This document shows positions 44,413 to 54,273 of a DNA stretch of 64,000 nt, piece after piece. Source of the stretch: Rhizobacter sp. Lineage in GTDB: Bacteria; Pseudomonadota; Gammaproteobacteria; Burkholderiales; Burkholderiaceae_C. Within the stretch, counting starts at the first letter, position 1. Each line of letters begins with the position of its first letter. The position numbers were made by a program, and so were the translations under genes. The stretch lies in the NCBI GenBank assembly GCA_025355745.1, contig JANXZA010000072.1, positions 12,850-76,849 on the forward strand, given 5' to 3'. The notes beneath the pieces are model-generated. The model was not told where the DNA came from, ran no database searches, and saw only the letters and a list, made by a program, of their open reading frames with translations.

Positions 44413-46146
44413 ATGAAGTTTCTGTTGAACCGAATTGCAGTCGGTATCGCCGCCGCACTCCCCTGCATCGCAGCCCAGGCCGCACCGGCGACCTACTCGC
44501 CCGTCACCGACGCGCGGCTGAGCAACCCCGAGCCGGCCAACTGGCTGCAGTACCGCGGCAACTACGCGGGCTGGGGCTACAGCGCGCTGGACAAGGTCAC
44601 CAGCAAGAACGTTGACAAGCTGACGCTGGCCTGGGCGTTTGCGACCGGCCAGACCGACGGCCACCAATCGCCGCCGGTGGTCAACAACGGCTACATGTAT
44701 GTCACCACGCCGGGCTCGCAGGTGATCGCCCTCGACGCCAAGACCGGTGCGGAGCTGTGGCGCTACAAAAAGGACGTGTCGGCCGAGATGCTGCAGCTGC
44801 ACCCGACGAATCGCGGCGTGGCGCTGTACGGCGACAAGGTCTACGTGGCCACGGTCGACTGCTTCCTCGTGGCGCTCGACGCGAAGACCGGCAAGGTCGC
44901 CTGGATCAAGCCCGTCGGCGACTGGAAGGCACTGCAATACATGACGCTCGCGCCGCTGGCGGCCAAGGGCAAGATCATGGTCGGTTCTTCCGGCGGCGAG
45001 ACCGGTGTGCGTGGCTTCGTCGCAGCCTACGACGCAGAGACTGGCGCGGAGGCTTGGCGCACTTACACCACGGCCGCACCTGGCGATGTCGGCGGCGACT
45101 CCTGGCCCGGCGACACCCACAAGAATGGCGGCGGCAGCATCTGGATCACCGGCACCTACGACCCGGCTGCCAACCTCGCCTACTGGGGCACCGGCAACCC
45201 GGCGCCGTGGCCGACCGAAGAGCGCAAGGGCGACAACCTGTACACCACCTCGACGATCGCACTCGACGTCGACACCGGCAAGATCAAGGGCCACCACCAG
45301 TACACGCCGAACGATGCCTGGGACTGGGACGAGGTCTCGGCGCCGCTGCTGATCGATACCGAAATCAAGGGCCGCAAGGTCAAGGCGGCCGTGCATGCCG
45401 GGCGCAACGGCTACCTCTGGATGCTGGAGCGCAAGGACGGCCCGATCGGCTTCATCGACGCCGTCTCCTACGTCAACAACAACGTCTTCGCGTCGGTCGA
45501 CAAGGTCACCGGCCGGCCGACCTACAACCTCGACAAGCGCCCCGGCGTCGGCAAAGGCAATGTGACCTTCTGCCCGTCGCTTTGGGGCGGCAAGGACTGG
45601 GTGCCGGAAGCCTGGAACCCAAAGACCGGCCTGTTCTACATCCCCGCCAACAACAACCTGTGCTCGGAATTGCCCGAGCCCGAGGCCCTCAAATACAAGA
45701 AGGGTGACCTCTACATCGGCTACCCGATCGACAAGGTGCTGGGCGGCCTGAAGTATCAGGACGGCAAGGCCCCGGCGACGATCGGCGAGTTGCAGGCCTG
45801 GGACCTGAAGACCGGCAAGCTGGCCTGGGTGCACAAGTTCCCGACCTTCAACTGGGGCCCACTGCTGACCACCGGCGGCAACCTGGTGTTCGCCGGCGGC
45901 ACCAACGACCGCATGTTCCGTGCCTTCGACGCTACCAACGGCAAGGTGCTGTGGGAAACCGCCACGCCGTCGGGTGTGACCGGCGTGCCGAGTTCATTCG
46001 AAATCGACGGCGAGCAGTACGTGGCCGTGCAGTCCGGCTGGGGCGTCGATGCCCAGCGCATGCAGGCCGGCATCGACACCTTGTCGGGCAAGGTCACCGG
46101 CGTGCCGCAGGGCGGCTCGGTGATGGTCTACAAGCTCTCGAAGTGA
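44413..46146 (+). CDS. Periplasmic PQQ-dependent dehydrogenase (methanol/ethanol family fold)
   Basis: Sec signal; WLQYRGNYAGWGYSAL, HQSPPVV, ALDAKTG repeats, GGETGVRG, YWGTGNP, GDNLY, DAWDWD; GGAG RBS. Confidence 0.93.
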   Translation: MKFLLNRIAVGIAAALPCIAAQAAPATYSPVTDARLSNPEPANWLQYRGNYAGWGYSALDKVTSKNVDKLTLAWAFATGQTDGHQSPPVVNNGYMYVTTPGSQVIALDAKTGAELWRYKKDVSAEMLQLHPTNRGVALYGDKVYVATVDCFLVALDAKTGKVAWIKPVGDWKALQYMTLAPLAAKGKIMVGSSGGETGVRGFVAAYDAETGAEAWRTYTTAAPGDVGGDSWPGDTHKNGGGSIWITGTYDPAANLAYWGTGNPAPWPTEERKGDNLYTTSTIALDVDTGKIKGHHQYTPNDAWDWDEVSAPLLIDTEIKGRKVKAAVHAGRNGYLWMLERKDGPIGFIDAVSYVNNNVFASVDKVTGRPTYNLDKRPGVGKGNVTFCPSLWGGKDWVPEAWNPKTGLFYIPANNNLCSELPEPEALKYKKGDLYIGYPIDKVLGGLKYQDGKAPATIGELQAWDLKTGKLAWVHKFPTFNWGPLLTTGGNLVFAGGTNDRMFRAFDATNGKVLWETATPSGVTGVPSSFEIDGEQYVAVQSGWGVDAQRMQAGIDTLSGKVTGVPQGGSVMVYKLSK

Positions 46147-46202
46147 AGTGAAGTGAAGCGGGGCGGCCGGCACACACCGTGCGGCCGCGAGCTGCCGCCC
46201 TG

Positions 46203-47198
46203 CTACACCAGCAGGGCGACCGCCGCCGAGAAGCTCAGGAAGGCGAGTGCGGTGCTGACCAGGACGATGCGGGCAATGCGCCCCGCATCGGCACCGAAAC
46301 GCTCCGCCAGCATCGGCACATTGCTGGCGCTGGGCAGTGCCGCCACCAGGGCCAGCACCGTCGCGGCGAAGCCGTCCAGCGGTGCCCCCAGCGCGATCGC
46401 GAGCCGGCCGGTGCCCAGCACCAGGGCCGGGTGCACGATCAGCTTGTAAAACACGATCAGCGGTACGTCGTTGCGGCGCAGCGCAGTCGTTGCGGATGCG
46501 GTTGCGGATGCGGTCAGTGCGGCCTGCATTGACGAGCGCGCGAGCATCGCGCCGAGCGCGAACAGCGCGACCGGCGACGCGGCATCGGCCAGCATCGCCA
46601 CCGGCCGCATCAGCACGCCCGGCACGCTCATGCTCGTGGCCGATACGACGCAGCCCAAACCGATCGACCAGGGCAGCGGGTTGGCGGCCATTCCCTTCAG
46701 CGCGTTCAGCACCGCCCGACTCGAGCGGTGCGCCTGGCCTGTGGCCGCCCCTGACCCGCGTCGCGACAGCGCGATGCACAGGGACGAGGTGATCACCATG
46801 TCGACGGCCAACGCCACGATGGCGGGGGCCGCAGCCCGATCGCCCAGCAGCCCGACCAGCAGCGGCACGCCCATGAAGCCCGAGTTCGGGAAGGCCGCCA
46901 CCAGCGCGCCGAACGAAGCGTCGTTCCAACCCACCCGGCCGGTGCGTGTCGTGATCACGCACAGGCCCACCATCAGCAGGGCGCACAGCAGGTAGGTGCC
47001 GAAGATGCTCGGGTCGAGCATGCGCGCGATCGGCGTTGCGGCGCCGAAGCGGAACAGCATGCAGGGCAGGGCGAAATACAGCACGAACAGATTCAGCCCC
47101 GGGATCGACTCCAGCGGCAGCCAGCCGCAGCGCGCGACGGCATAGCCGCACAACACCAGCGCGAAGAATGGAAAGGTGATCTCGAGGATGTGCAGCAT
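46203..47198 (-). CDS. AEC (auxin efflux carrier) family transporter
   Basis: FVLYFALPCMLF, FPNSGFMGVPL, ALPSASNV; about 10 TM. Confidence 0.9.
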   Translation of the reverse strand: MLHILEITFPFFALVLCGYAVARCGWLPLESIPGLNLFVLYFALPCMLFRFGAATPIARMLDPSIFGTYLLCALLMVGLCVITTRTGRVGWNDASFGALVAAFPNSGFMGVPLLVGLLGDRAAAPAIVALAVDMVITSSLCIALSRRGSGAATGQAHRSSRAVLNALKGMAANPLPWSIGLGCVVSATSMSVPGVLMRPVAMLADAASPVALFALGAMLARSSMQAALTASATASATTALRRNDVPLIVFYKLIVHPALVLGTGRLAIALGAPLDGFAATVLALVAALPSASNVPMLAERFGADAGRIARIVLVSTALAFLSFSAAVALLV

Positions 47199-47208
47199 TC
47201 GCCTAGAT

Positions 47209-47261
47209 CAAGGTCACCAAGGTCACCGACGTCACCAACGTCAACACCGTCAACACCGTCA
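47209..47261. repeat. Degenerate 9-bp tandem repeat filling the intergenic gap
   Basis: CAAGGTCAC CAAGGTCAC CGACGTCAC CAACGTCAA CACCGTCAA CACCGTCA. Confidence 0.7.
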
Positions 47262-48305
47262 GCGGTCGCCCAGGCTGCTCGAACCCGCAGCCTGAACCCG
47301 CTGCGCCTGGCGCCAGCCGGCCTCGGCAATCGGCTGCGCCTGCTGCCCCGTGCGTTCAGCGTCGGCGCTGGCCGCGCTGCCCTGGCGCGCTCGCGCCAGG
47401 ATGCCCTGCAGGATCGCCGCCATCCGGAACATGTTGAATGCCAGGTAGTAGTCCCAGTGCGGCAGGCTGGCGCGGCCGGTGCGCTTGCAGTAGGCGGCCA
47501 GGTAAGCGTCTTCCGAGGGGATGCCGAGGGCGGCGAGTTCGTGCCCCTTCAGGCCGCGGAACTCCGTCGGCGTGACGCGCCAGGCCATGCCGTGGTAGGC
47601 CAGATCGACGAGCGGGTGGCCGAGCGTGGAGAGTTCCCAGTCGAGCACCGCCAGCACCCGCGCTTCGGTCGGGTGGAAGATCAGGTTGTCGATGCGGAAG
47701 TCGCCGTGCACGAGCGCGGTTTCGTCGCCCTCGGGGCGGTTCGCCGGCAGCCAATCGATCAGCCGCTCCATCGCGTCGATGCGCCCGGTTTCGCTGGCGC
47801 GGTACTGGCGCGTCCAGCGCTCAATCTGGCGCGCCAGGTAGTTCTGCGGCCGGCCGTAATCGGCCAGGCCCAGCGCTTGCACATCGACACCGTGCAGCGC
47901 GGCGATGACGCGGTTCATCTCGGCGTAGACCGCGCCGCGCTCGGGGTTCGTCAGGCCGGGCAGCGCGGGGTCGGCGAAGACGCGGCCCTCGATGAAGTCC
48001 ATCACGTAGAACGGCGAGCCGATGACCGCCGGGTCTTCGCACAGCGCGTGCATGCGCGGCACCGGCACGCCGCTGCCGGCGAGCGCGGCCATCACGCGGT
48101 ACTCGCGCTCGATGGCGTGTGCCGAGGCCAGCAGCACCCCCGGCGGCTTGCGGCGCAGCACCCAGCGGTGTTCGCCGGCGCTGACCCGGTAGGTCGGGTT
48201 CGACTGGCCGCCGATGAGCTGCGCCACCTGCAGCGGGCCATGGAAGTCAGTGACATGGCGGCGCAGGTAGGTCGCCAGGGCCTCTACGGGCAGCAGTTCG
48301 ATCAC
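47259..48305 (-). CDS. APH/phosphotransferase family protein (ACAD10/11 N-terminal-like)
   Basis: GGQSNPTY, LRRKPPG, HAIEREY, HGDFRIDN, VLDWELSTLG; GTG start overlaps the upstream stop. Confidence 0.92.
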   Translation of the reverse strand: MIELLPVEALATYLRRHVTDFHGPLQVAQLIGGQSNPTYRVSAGEHRWVLRRKPPGVLLASAHAIEREYRVMAALAGSGVPVPRMHALCEDPAVIGSPFYVMDFIEGRVFADPALPGLTNPERGAVYAEMNRVIAALHGVDVQALGLADYGRPQNYLARQIERWTRQYRASETGRIDAMERLIDWLPANRPEGDETALVHGDFRIDNLIFHPTEARVLAVLDWELSTLGHPLVDLAYHGMAWRVTPTEFRGLKGHELAALGIPSEDAYLAAYCKRTGRASLPHWDYYLAFNMFRMAAILQGILARARQGSAASADAERTGQQAQPIAEAGWRQAQRVQAAGSSSLGDR

Positions 48306-49489
48306 GGCGGCGCGGCCGCCGGCCGCGCGCCCTTCAGGATGCGCTTGGCCAGGCTCCAGCGGTGCACCTCGGACGGGCCGTCGTAGATGCGGAAGGCGCG
48401 CATGTCGGCAAAGATGCGCGCCACCACCGTCTCGCCGGTCACGCCCTGGCCGCCGAGGATCTGCACACAGCGGTCGGCGACGCGCCAGACCGCCTCGGAG
48501 ACGACGACCTTGGCGCGGCTCGACTCGTGCAGCGCGAGCTGGCCCTGGTCGAGCACCCAGGCGCAGTGCTGCACCGTCAGGCGCGCAATGTGCAGGTCCA
48601 TCTCGTTGTCGGCCAGCATGAAGCCCACGCCTTCGTGCTCGCCGATCGGCCGGCCGAAGGCGAGCCGGCGGCGCGCGTAGTCGAGCGCCACGTCGTGGGC
48701 ACGGCGCGCCGCGCCAAGCCAGCGCATGCAGTGCGTCAGCCGCGCGGGCGACAGCCGCACCTGCGCGTACCGGAAGCCCTGGCCCAGCTCGCCGAGGATG
48801 GCCGAGGCGGGCACCCGCAGGCCTTCGAAGCGCAGCACGCCGTGCCCGCCGGGAAAGCAGGTGTCGAGCGTGTCCATGTTGCGTTCCAGCGTGATGCCGG
48901 GCGTGCCCATGTCGGCCAAGAACATGGTCGCACCGACGTCGGGCACCTTGGCCATGATGATGGCGAGCGCTGCGCCGTCGGCGCCGGTGATGAACCACTT
49001 GTGGCCGTTGATGACGTAGTGGCCGTCGGCAGCGTCGAGCACGGCGGTGGTCGTCATCATCGACGGGTCGCTGCCGGCGCCCGGCGCCGGCTCGGTCATG
49101 CAGAAACAGGAGCGGATGCGCCCTTCGGCCATCGGCCGCAGCCACTGCTCCTTCTGCTGCGCCGTGGCCACGGCCTCGAGCAAATGCATATTGCCTTCGT
49201 CGGGCGCGAAAATGTTCAGCGCCACCGGGCCGAGCATCGAGTAGCCAGCCTCCTCGAACGCCACCGCGCGGCCGATGTGCGACAGGCCGAGGCCACCGTA
49301 CTCGGCCGCCGCGTGCGGCGACAGCAGCCCGGCGCGCCGCGCCTTGTCGACGAGCGCCTCGCGCAGCGCTTCTTCCGGGCCGTGCGCGCCCTGGCGCGGA
49401 TCGGCTTCGAAGGGCATCACCTCGTCGGCGATGAAACGCTTGATGCGGGCCTGCAGTTCGATCAGTTCGGGTGTCAGCGTGAAGTCCAT
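48302..49489 (-). CDS. Acyl-CoA dehydrogenase
   Basis: FCMTEPAPGAGSD, INGHKWFITGA, RLSPARLTHCMRW, FRIYDGPSEVH. Confidence 0.93.
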   Translation of the reverse strand: MDFTLTPELIELQARIKRFIADEVMPFEADPRQGAHGPEEALREALVDKARRAGLLSPHAAAEYGGLGLSHIGRAVAFEEAGYSMLGPVALNIFAPDEGNMHLLEAVATAQQKEQWLRPMAEGRIRSCFCMTEPAPGAGSDPSMMTTTAVLDAADGHYVINGHKWFITGADGAALAIIMAKVPDVGATMFLADMGTPGITLERNMDTLDTCFPGGHGVLRFEGLRVPASAILGELGQGFRYAQVRLSPARLTHCMRWLGAARRAHDVALDYARRRLAFGRPIGEHEGVGFMLADNEMDLHIARLTVQHCAWVLDQGQLALHESSRAKVVVSEAVWRVADRCVQILGGQGVTGETVVARIFADMRAFRIYDGPSEVHRWSLAKRILKGARPAAAPP

Positions 49490-49520
49490 GGTCTCGGTCT
49501 GAATCTCGGTTCGGGGCGGC

Positions 49521-51254
49521 TCAGCTTTGCCGCCATTTGTGCTCGGCTTCGTCCCAAGCGCCCAGTGCCTGCAGGTCGGGCACCCAGGCCAGGCCGGACT
49601 TGGCGTCGGAGGATACGGCCTCGGGCGTGACCAGAACGTCGAGCAGCGCCGGCCGCCCGGCACGAACCACGGCCAGCGCGCGCTGGATCGCACCCGGCAG
49701 GTCCTCGGCGCGCTCGACGCGTTCGGCGTGCAGGCCGAAGGCGCGCGCCATCGCGGCGTGGTCGGCAAACTGCAGCCGCGTTCCCACCACCTTGCCGTGG
49801 GTCTCCTGCTGGTCGCGCACCTCGATCGCCCAACTGCCGTTGTTGGCGACCACGATCAGCACCGGCGCCTTGTGGCGCGCGGCGGTGTCGATCTCCATCG
49901 CGTTGAAGCCGAACGCGCCGTCGCCGGTGGCCACGACCACGGTGCGGTCCGGGCAGGCCAGGCTGGCCGCCACGCCGAACGGCGTGCCGATGCCGATGCA
50001 GCCCAGCGAGCCGGGGTCGAGATAACTCGTGGCGGGCAGGCCGACCCGCGCGAAGCTGAGGAAGTCGCCGCCATCGGCGACCAGGATGGCGTCGCGCGGC
50101 AAGGCCTCGCGCAGCGCGGCCAGCAGCCGGTTGGGGTGCATCAGGCCGTCACGGCCGGGCGCCGCCTGGGCCATCGAAGTGACCAGCTTGTCGGCGCGCG
50201 CCTGGTGCTTGGCGCGGGTGCTGCGTGCCCACTCGATGTCGGTGGCCGGGGCGCGGTCAGCGCCGCGTTCGAGGATGGCTTCGAGCGCTGCGGCCGGGCT
50301 GGCGTAGATCTCGGCCGCGCCGCGCCGGTTGTCGCGCAGCTCGGCAGCGCAGTCGGCGATGCGCACGAAGCGCGCGCCGCCGAACACCGCCGGCGAGCCA
50401 TAGGCAAGCTGGAAGTCGAGCCGGCGGCCGACCGTGACCACCACGTCGGCCTCGCTCATCACCGAGCCGCGCATCGCCGCCACCACCGATGGGTGGTCTT
50501 CGGGCACCAGGCCTCGGCTCTCGCCGGTGTCGAGGTAGAGCGCGTTCAGACGCCCGAGCAGGCGCTGCAGTGGCGCCCCTGCCGCGCGCGCGCCACGGCC
50601 GGAGATGAACAGCGGTCGGCGCGCCGACCAGAGCAGCTCGACCGCCTCGTCGATGGCCGCCGGATCGGGCAGCAGGCTGCGCTTGGGCCGTGGCGCCATC
50701 AGCTCCGGCAGTTGCACCGCACGCGAGACTTCGGCGCGCAGCGTGTCGACCGGGAAGTCGAGGTACACCGGGCCCGGCTCGCCAGCGTGGCCGAGCGCGC
50801 GCGCCACGGCTTCGTCCAGCTCCTGCAGCGCCAGGTCGGGCTCGCGCACGGTGCGGGCGTAGCGCGTCAGCGGGCGCACGAAGTCGGTGTGGACCATGTC
50901 CTGCAGCGCGCCGCGGTTCTCCTGCGCGCGCGGCGGCGTGCCCGAGAGCACCAGCACCGGCGCCTTGGCCACGTGCGCATTTGCAATGCCGGTCATCGCG
51001 TTGGTGACACCGGGGCCGGCAGTGACCAGCGCCACGCCGAGGCCGCCAGTGAGTTCGGCATGGGCGTGCGCCATGTAGACGGCGGCGCGCTCATCACGCA
51101 CGTCGATGATGCGGATGCCTTCGGCGTCGAGCCGCATCCAGATCGGCATGATGTGGCCACCGCACAGGCCGAACACGCGGTCGACGCCGCGCGCCTTCAG
51201 AAAGCGCGCCACCAGCGCGGCGGTGCAGGTGTCGGAAACGGTGGGGCTGCTCAT
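49521..51254 (-). CDS. ThDP-dependent enzyme, IlvBL/2-hydroxyacyl-CoA lyase-like
   Basis: LCGGHI, RDERAA, AGPG, VADGGDF, GDGAFGF..NN ThDP motif. Confidence 0.85.
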   Translation of the reverse strand: MSSPTVSDTCTAALVARFLKARGVDRVFGLCGGHIMPIWMRLDAEGIRIIDVRDERAAVYMAHAHAELTGGLGVALVTAGPGVTNAMTGIANAHVAKAPVLVLSGTPPRAQENRGALQDMVHTDFVRPLTRYARTVREPDLALQELDEAVARALGHAGEPGPVYLDFPVDTLRAEVSRAVQLPELMAPRPKRSLLPDPAAIDEAVELLWSARRPLFISGRGARAAGAPLQRLLGRLNALYLDTGESRGLVPEDHPSVVAAMRGSVMSEADVVVTVGRRLDFQLAYGSPAVFGGARFVRIADCAAELRDNRRGAAEIYASPAAALEAILERGADRAPATDIEWARSTRAKHQARADKLVTSMAQAAPGRDGLMHPNRLLAALREALPRDAILVADGGDFLSFARVGLPATSYLDPGSLGCIGIGTPFGVAASLACPDRTVVVATGDGAFGFNAMEIDTAARHKAPVLIVVANNGSWAIEVRDQQETHGKVVGTRLQFADHAAMARAFGLHAERVERAEDLPGAIQRALAVVRAGRPALLDVLVTPEAVSSDAKSGLAWVPDLQALGAWDEAEHKWRQS

Positions 51255-51308
51255 GAAGTGGCGCCTTGCAAGAATTCAGAAAGAGCCGGGGTTCAGGGAA
51301 CCCGGGAG

Positions 51309-53195
51309 TCAAAGAAAGCCGGTGGAAATCCACGGCACGGCCGTGACGATGGCCAGCCCTACCAGCAGCGCCAGCACATAGCCGACGATCGGCTTCATGC
51401 CGTCCTTCGGGTCGACGCGGCCGATGGCGCAGGCGGCGTAGTAGCCCACGCCGAAGGGCGGCGCGAACAAGCCCACGCCCATCGCCAACACGACGACCAT
51501 CGCGTAATGCACCTCGTGGACGCCGACCTGGCGGGCGATCGGGAACAGCAGCGGCCCGAACAGCACGATGGCCGGGATGCCTTCGAGCACGCTGCCCAGC
51601 ACGATGAAAGCCACCACGGACACGAACAGGAACATCGGCACGCCACCGGGCAGCGCGCCCATCGCCGCCGCCAGGCTGTTGGAGAAGCCCGACTGCGTCA
51701 GCGACCAGGCCATGGCCGTGGCGGTGCCGATGATGAACAGAATGGCGCCCGACAGCGCGGCGGTTTCCACCAGCATCGGAAACATGCGGTTCCACTTCGT
51801 CTGGCGGTAGATCAGCAGCCCGGCGATCAGCGCGTAGGCGATGCCCAGGGTCGAGACCTCGGTGGCCGTGGCCACGCCGTACACGACGGCGGCGCGGATC
51901 ACGAATGGCAGCGCGACGGCGGGCAGTGCGACCAGCAGGGCCTGGCCGATCTGGCGGCCGGTGGCGCGCTTCACCTGCGACAGGTCTTCGTGGCGATAGC
52001 GCCAGCCGATCACGGCGCACAGCGCCAGCCCCATCACCACGCCGGGCAGCATGCCGCCGGTGAAGAGCGCGGCGATCGAGACGCCGGTCACCGAGCCGAT
52101 GGTGATGAGCACCAGGCTGGGCGGGATGGTCTCGGTCTGCGCGCCGCTGGTGGCCAGCAGTGCCACCAGGTCGCCGGGCTTGGCACCGCGCTGGCGCATT
52201 TCGGGGAACAGCACCGGGGCGACGGCGGCCATGTCGGCCACCTTCGAGCCCGAGATGCCCGACACCAGGTACATCGCGCCGATCAGCACATACGACAGCC
52301 CGCCGCGCACATGGCCGATCAGGCTGGCCAGGAACGTGACCATGGCGCGCGCCATGCCGGTGGCCTCGATCAACAGGCCGAGGAAGACGAACAGCGGCAC
52401 CGCCAGCAGGATGATGTGCGACATGCCCTCGTCCATGCGGCCGACGATCACGCCGACCGGCAGCGTCGTCGTCAGCGCCAGAAAGCCGAACGTGGCCAGG
52501 CCGAAGGACACCGCGATCGGCACGCCGATCAGCACCGTGAAGGCGGTGACGCCGACGAAGAAGATCACCAGATTGAGCTTGCCCAGGCCCGGCAGCAGCG
52601 GCTGCAGCAGCCACAGCAGCAGGCCGACCGCGATGACCGCTCCGACTGCGGCGCCGGCCTGCCGCCAGTCGGCAGTCTTGAACAGGCGCAGCAGCGACAT
52701 CAGCGCCATCAAGCCCAGCCCCACGGGCAACGCAGCGGCACGCCAGGCGGCCGAAATGTCGAGTGCTGGCGTGGTCACCGCCGCTTCTTCGAGCACGTGC
52801 TCATAGGCCGGCCACAGGTTGAGCAGCAGGAAGGCCAGTGCGGCGGCGATGGCCACGGTGTCGAGGAAGGCGCGCAACTTCGGCGAGGCCTTCGCCACCA
52901 GCGCCGTCATGCGCATGTGCTCGCCGTGGCGGAAGGCCACCACGGCCCCCAGGCTGACGAGCCACAGGAACAGCAGCGAGGCGACTTCGTCGGTCCAGAC
53001 CAGCGGCAGGTGGAGAAAGTAGCGCGAGACCACGCCCATGAACAGGATCACGATTTCGGCCACGATCAGCGTGGCTGCGATCGCCTCGATGGCGCCGCCC
53101 AGGCGGCGGTCCAGCGCCAGCACCCAGACGTTCGTGCTGCTGGGGCCGGCGCTCGGCGGCATCTCGCTGCGCAGGGGTTGCGACGGGGCGCGCAT
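51309..53195 (-). CDS. TRAP transporter fused small+large permease (DctQM)
   Basis: WTDEVASLLFLW..HMRM (DctQ) followed by ISGSKVADMAA, IPPS, FAPPFG (DctM). Start approximate. Confidence 0.92.
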   Translation of the reverse strand: MRAPSQPLRSEMPPSAGPSSTNVWVLALDRRLGGAIEAIAATLIVAEIVILFMGVVSRYFLHLPLVWTDEVASLLFLWLVSLGAVVAFRHGEHMRMTALVAKASPKLRAFLDTVAIAAALAFLLLNLWPAYEHVLEEAAVTTPALDISAAWRAAALPVGLGLMALMSLLRLFKTADWRQAGAAVGAVIAVGLLLWLLQPLLPGLGKLNLVIFFVGVTAFTVLIGVPIAVSFGLATFGFLALTTTLPVGVIVGRMDEGMSHIILLAVPLFVFLGLLIEATGMARAMVTFLASLIGHVRGGLSYVLIGAMYLVSGISGSKVADMAAVAPVLFPEMRQRGAKPGDLVALLATSGAQTETIPPSLVLITIGSVTGVSIAALFTGGMLPGVVMGLALCAVIGWRYRHEDLSQVKRATGRQIGQALLVALPAVALPFVIRAAVVYGVATATEVSTLGIAYALIAGLLIYRQTKWNRMFPMLVETAALSGAILFIIGTATAMAWSLTQSGFSNSLAAAMGALPGGVPMFLFVSVVAFIVLGSVLEGIPAIVLFGPLLFPIARQVGVHEVHYAMVVVLAMGVGLFAPPFGVGYYAACAIGRVDPKDGMKPIVGYVLALLVGLAIVTAVPWISTGFL

Positions 53196-53200
53196 GGGCG

Positions 53201-54214
53201 TCAGGCGATTTCGCCGGCGTACTGCTGCAACAGGCCCCAGGGCTCGGCGCCGAACTTTTCCTTCGCCTGGCTGTAGAAGCCGCCGCTGCTGAGAACGCGC
53301 CGGAAGGCAGTGTTGTCGACGGTGTTGAAGACGAGGCCCTTGCCCTCGAGCAGCTTTTGCAGGTCGACGTTGGCGCGGGCGATATCGTCACGCTGCTTGC
53401 GAGCCGCGCCGTTCATGTGCTTGGTGATCACTTGCTGCATATCACCCGGCAGCGATTTCCATGCCTTCCCGCCAGCCAGGAACCAGAAGCCGTCCCAGGA
53501 ATGATTGGTCAGCGAACAGAACTTCTGGACCTCGAAGAACTTGGCCGACTCGATCAGTGCCAGCGGATTTTCTTGCCCGTCGGCCACCTTGGTTTGCAGC
53601 GCTTGATACGCCTCGGCCAGCGGCAGGCTCACCGGCGCGGCGCCCAGCGTCTTGAACATCTGCACCCACAGCGGCACGACCGGCACGCGGATCTTGAAGT
53701 TCTTCAGGTCGTCGGGCGTGTTGATGGGCTTGGTGCTGGTGGTGATCTGGCGGAAGCCGTTGTCCCACACTGTGGCGAAGGGCACGACATTGATCTTCTC
53801 GATGGCCGCGCGAATGTGGTTGCCCACCGCACCGTCCATCGCGGCCCAGACCTTGTCGTAGCCGGAAAACGCGAAGCCCACTCCGGTGATCGACGTGACC
53901 GGGACCAGGGTCGACATCACCGTGCCGGGGAAGGTGGCCAGTTCGAGGGCGCCGGAGCGAATCTGCGACATCATGTCCGCGTCACCGCCCAACTGGTTGT
54001 TGGGGAACAGCTCGATCGCCACGCGGCCGCCGGTCTCGGTCGAGATTGCCGCGATTGCTTCCTTCAAGCGCACGTTCACCGAGTGCGTCACCGGCAGGTC
54101 GTTGCCCAGCTTGAGCTTGAACTCGGGCGCCTTGACCTGCGCCAGCGACAGGCCGGGCAGCGCCGCACCGGCGAATGCGCCGGTGGCGAGGAAATGTCTG
54201 CGGGTGAAGGTCAT
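53201..54214 (-). CDS. TRAP transporter substrate-binding protein (DctP family), Tat-like signal
   Basis: MTFTRRHFL, FPNNQLGGD, WDNGFRQIT, KIRVP, ADGQENP. Confidence 0.92.
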   Translation of the reverse strand: MTFTRRHFLATGAFAGAALPGLSLAQVKAPEFKLKLGNDLPVTHSVNVRLKEAIAAISTETGGRVAIELFPNNQLGGDADMMSQIRSGALELATFPGTVMSTLVPVTSITGVGFAFSGYDKVWAAMDGAVGNHIRAAIEKINVVPFATVWDNGFRQITTSTKPINTPDDLKNFKIRVPVVPLWVQMFKTLGAAPVSLPLAEAYQALQTKVADGQENPLALIESAKFFEVQKFCSLTNHSWDGFWFLAGGKAWKSLPGDMQQVITKHMNGAARKQRDDIARANVDLQKLLEGKGLVFNTVDNTAFRRVLSSGGFYSQAKEKFGAEPWGLLQQYAGEIA

Positions 54215-54273
54215 CTTCGTCTCCTGGAGGGGGTCGTGCGGAAGGGTGTCGATCGGGAATAGCCGTATAGTAT

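Noticed and set aside
42863-46146. Track ORFs 42863-44374 and 43813-46146 as long proteins
   Set aside because: Their N-termini overlap gntR (antisense) or the Rieske gene (other frame); signal peptides and RBS support starts at 43790 and 44413.
47259-49145. Apparent 628-aa extended phosphotransferase (ACAD10-like fusion)
   Set aside because: The extension is an off-frame overlap with the separate acyl-CoA dehydrogenase gene; the two genes are coupled by a GTGA overlap, not fused.
49527-53276. 1249-aa plus-strand ORF
   Set aside because: Antisense shadow of the ThDP enzyme and DctQM genes; no motifs. Stop-poor antisense frames are expected at this GC content.
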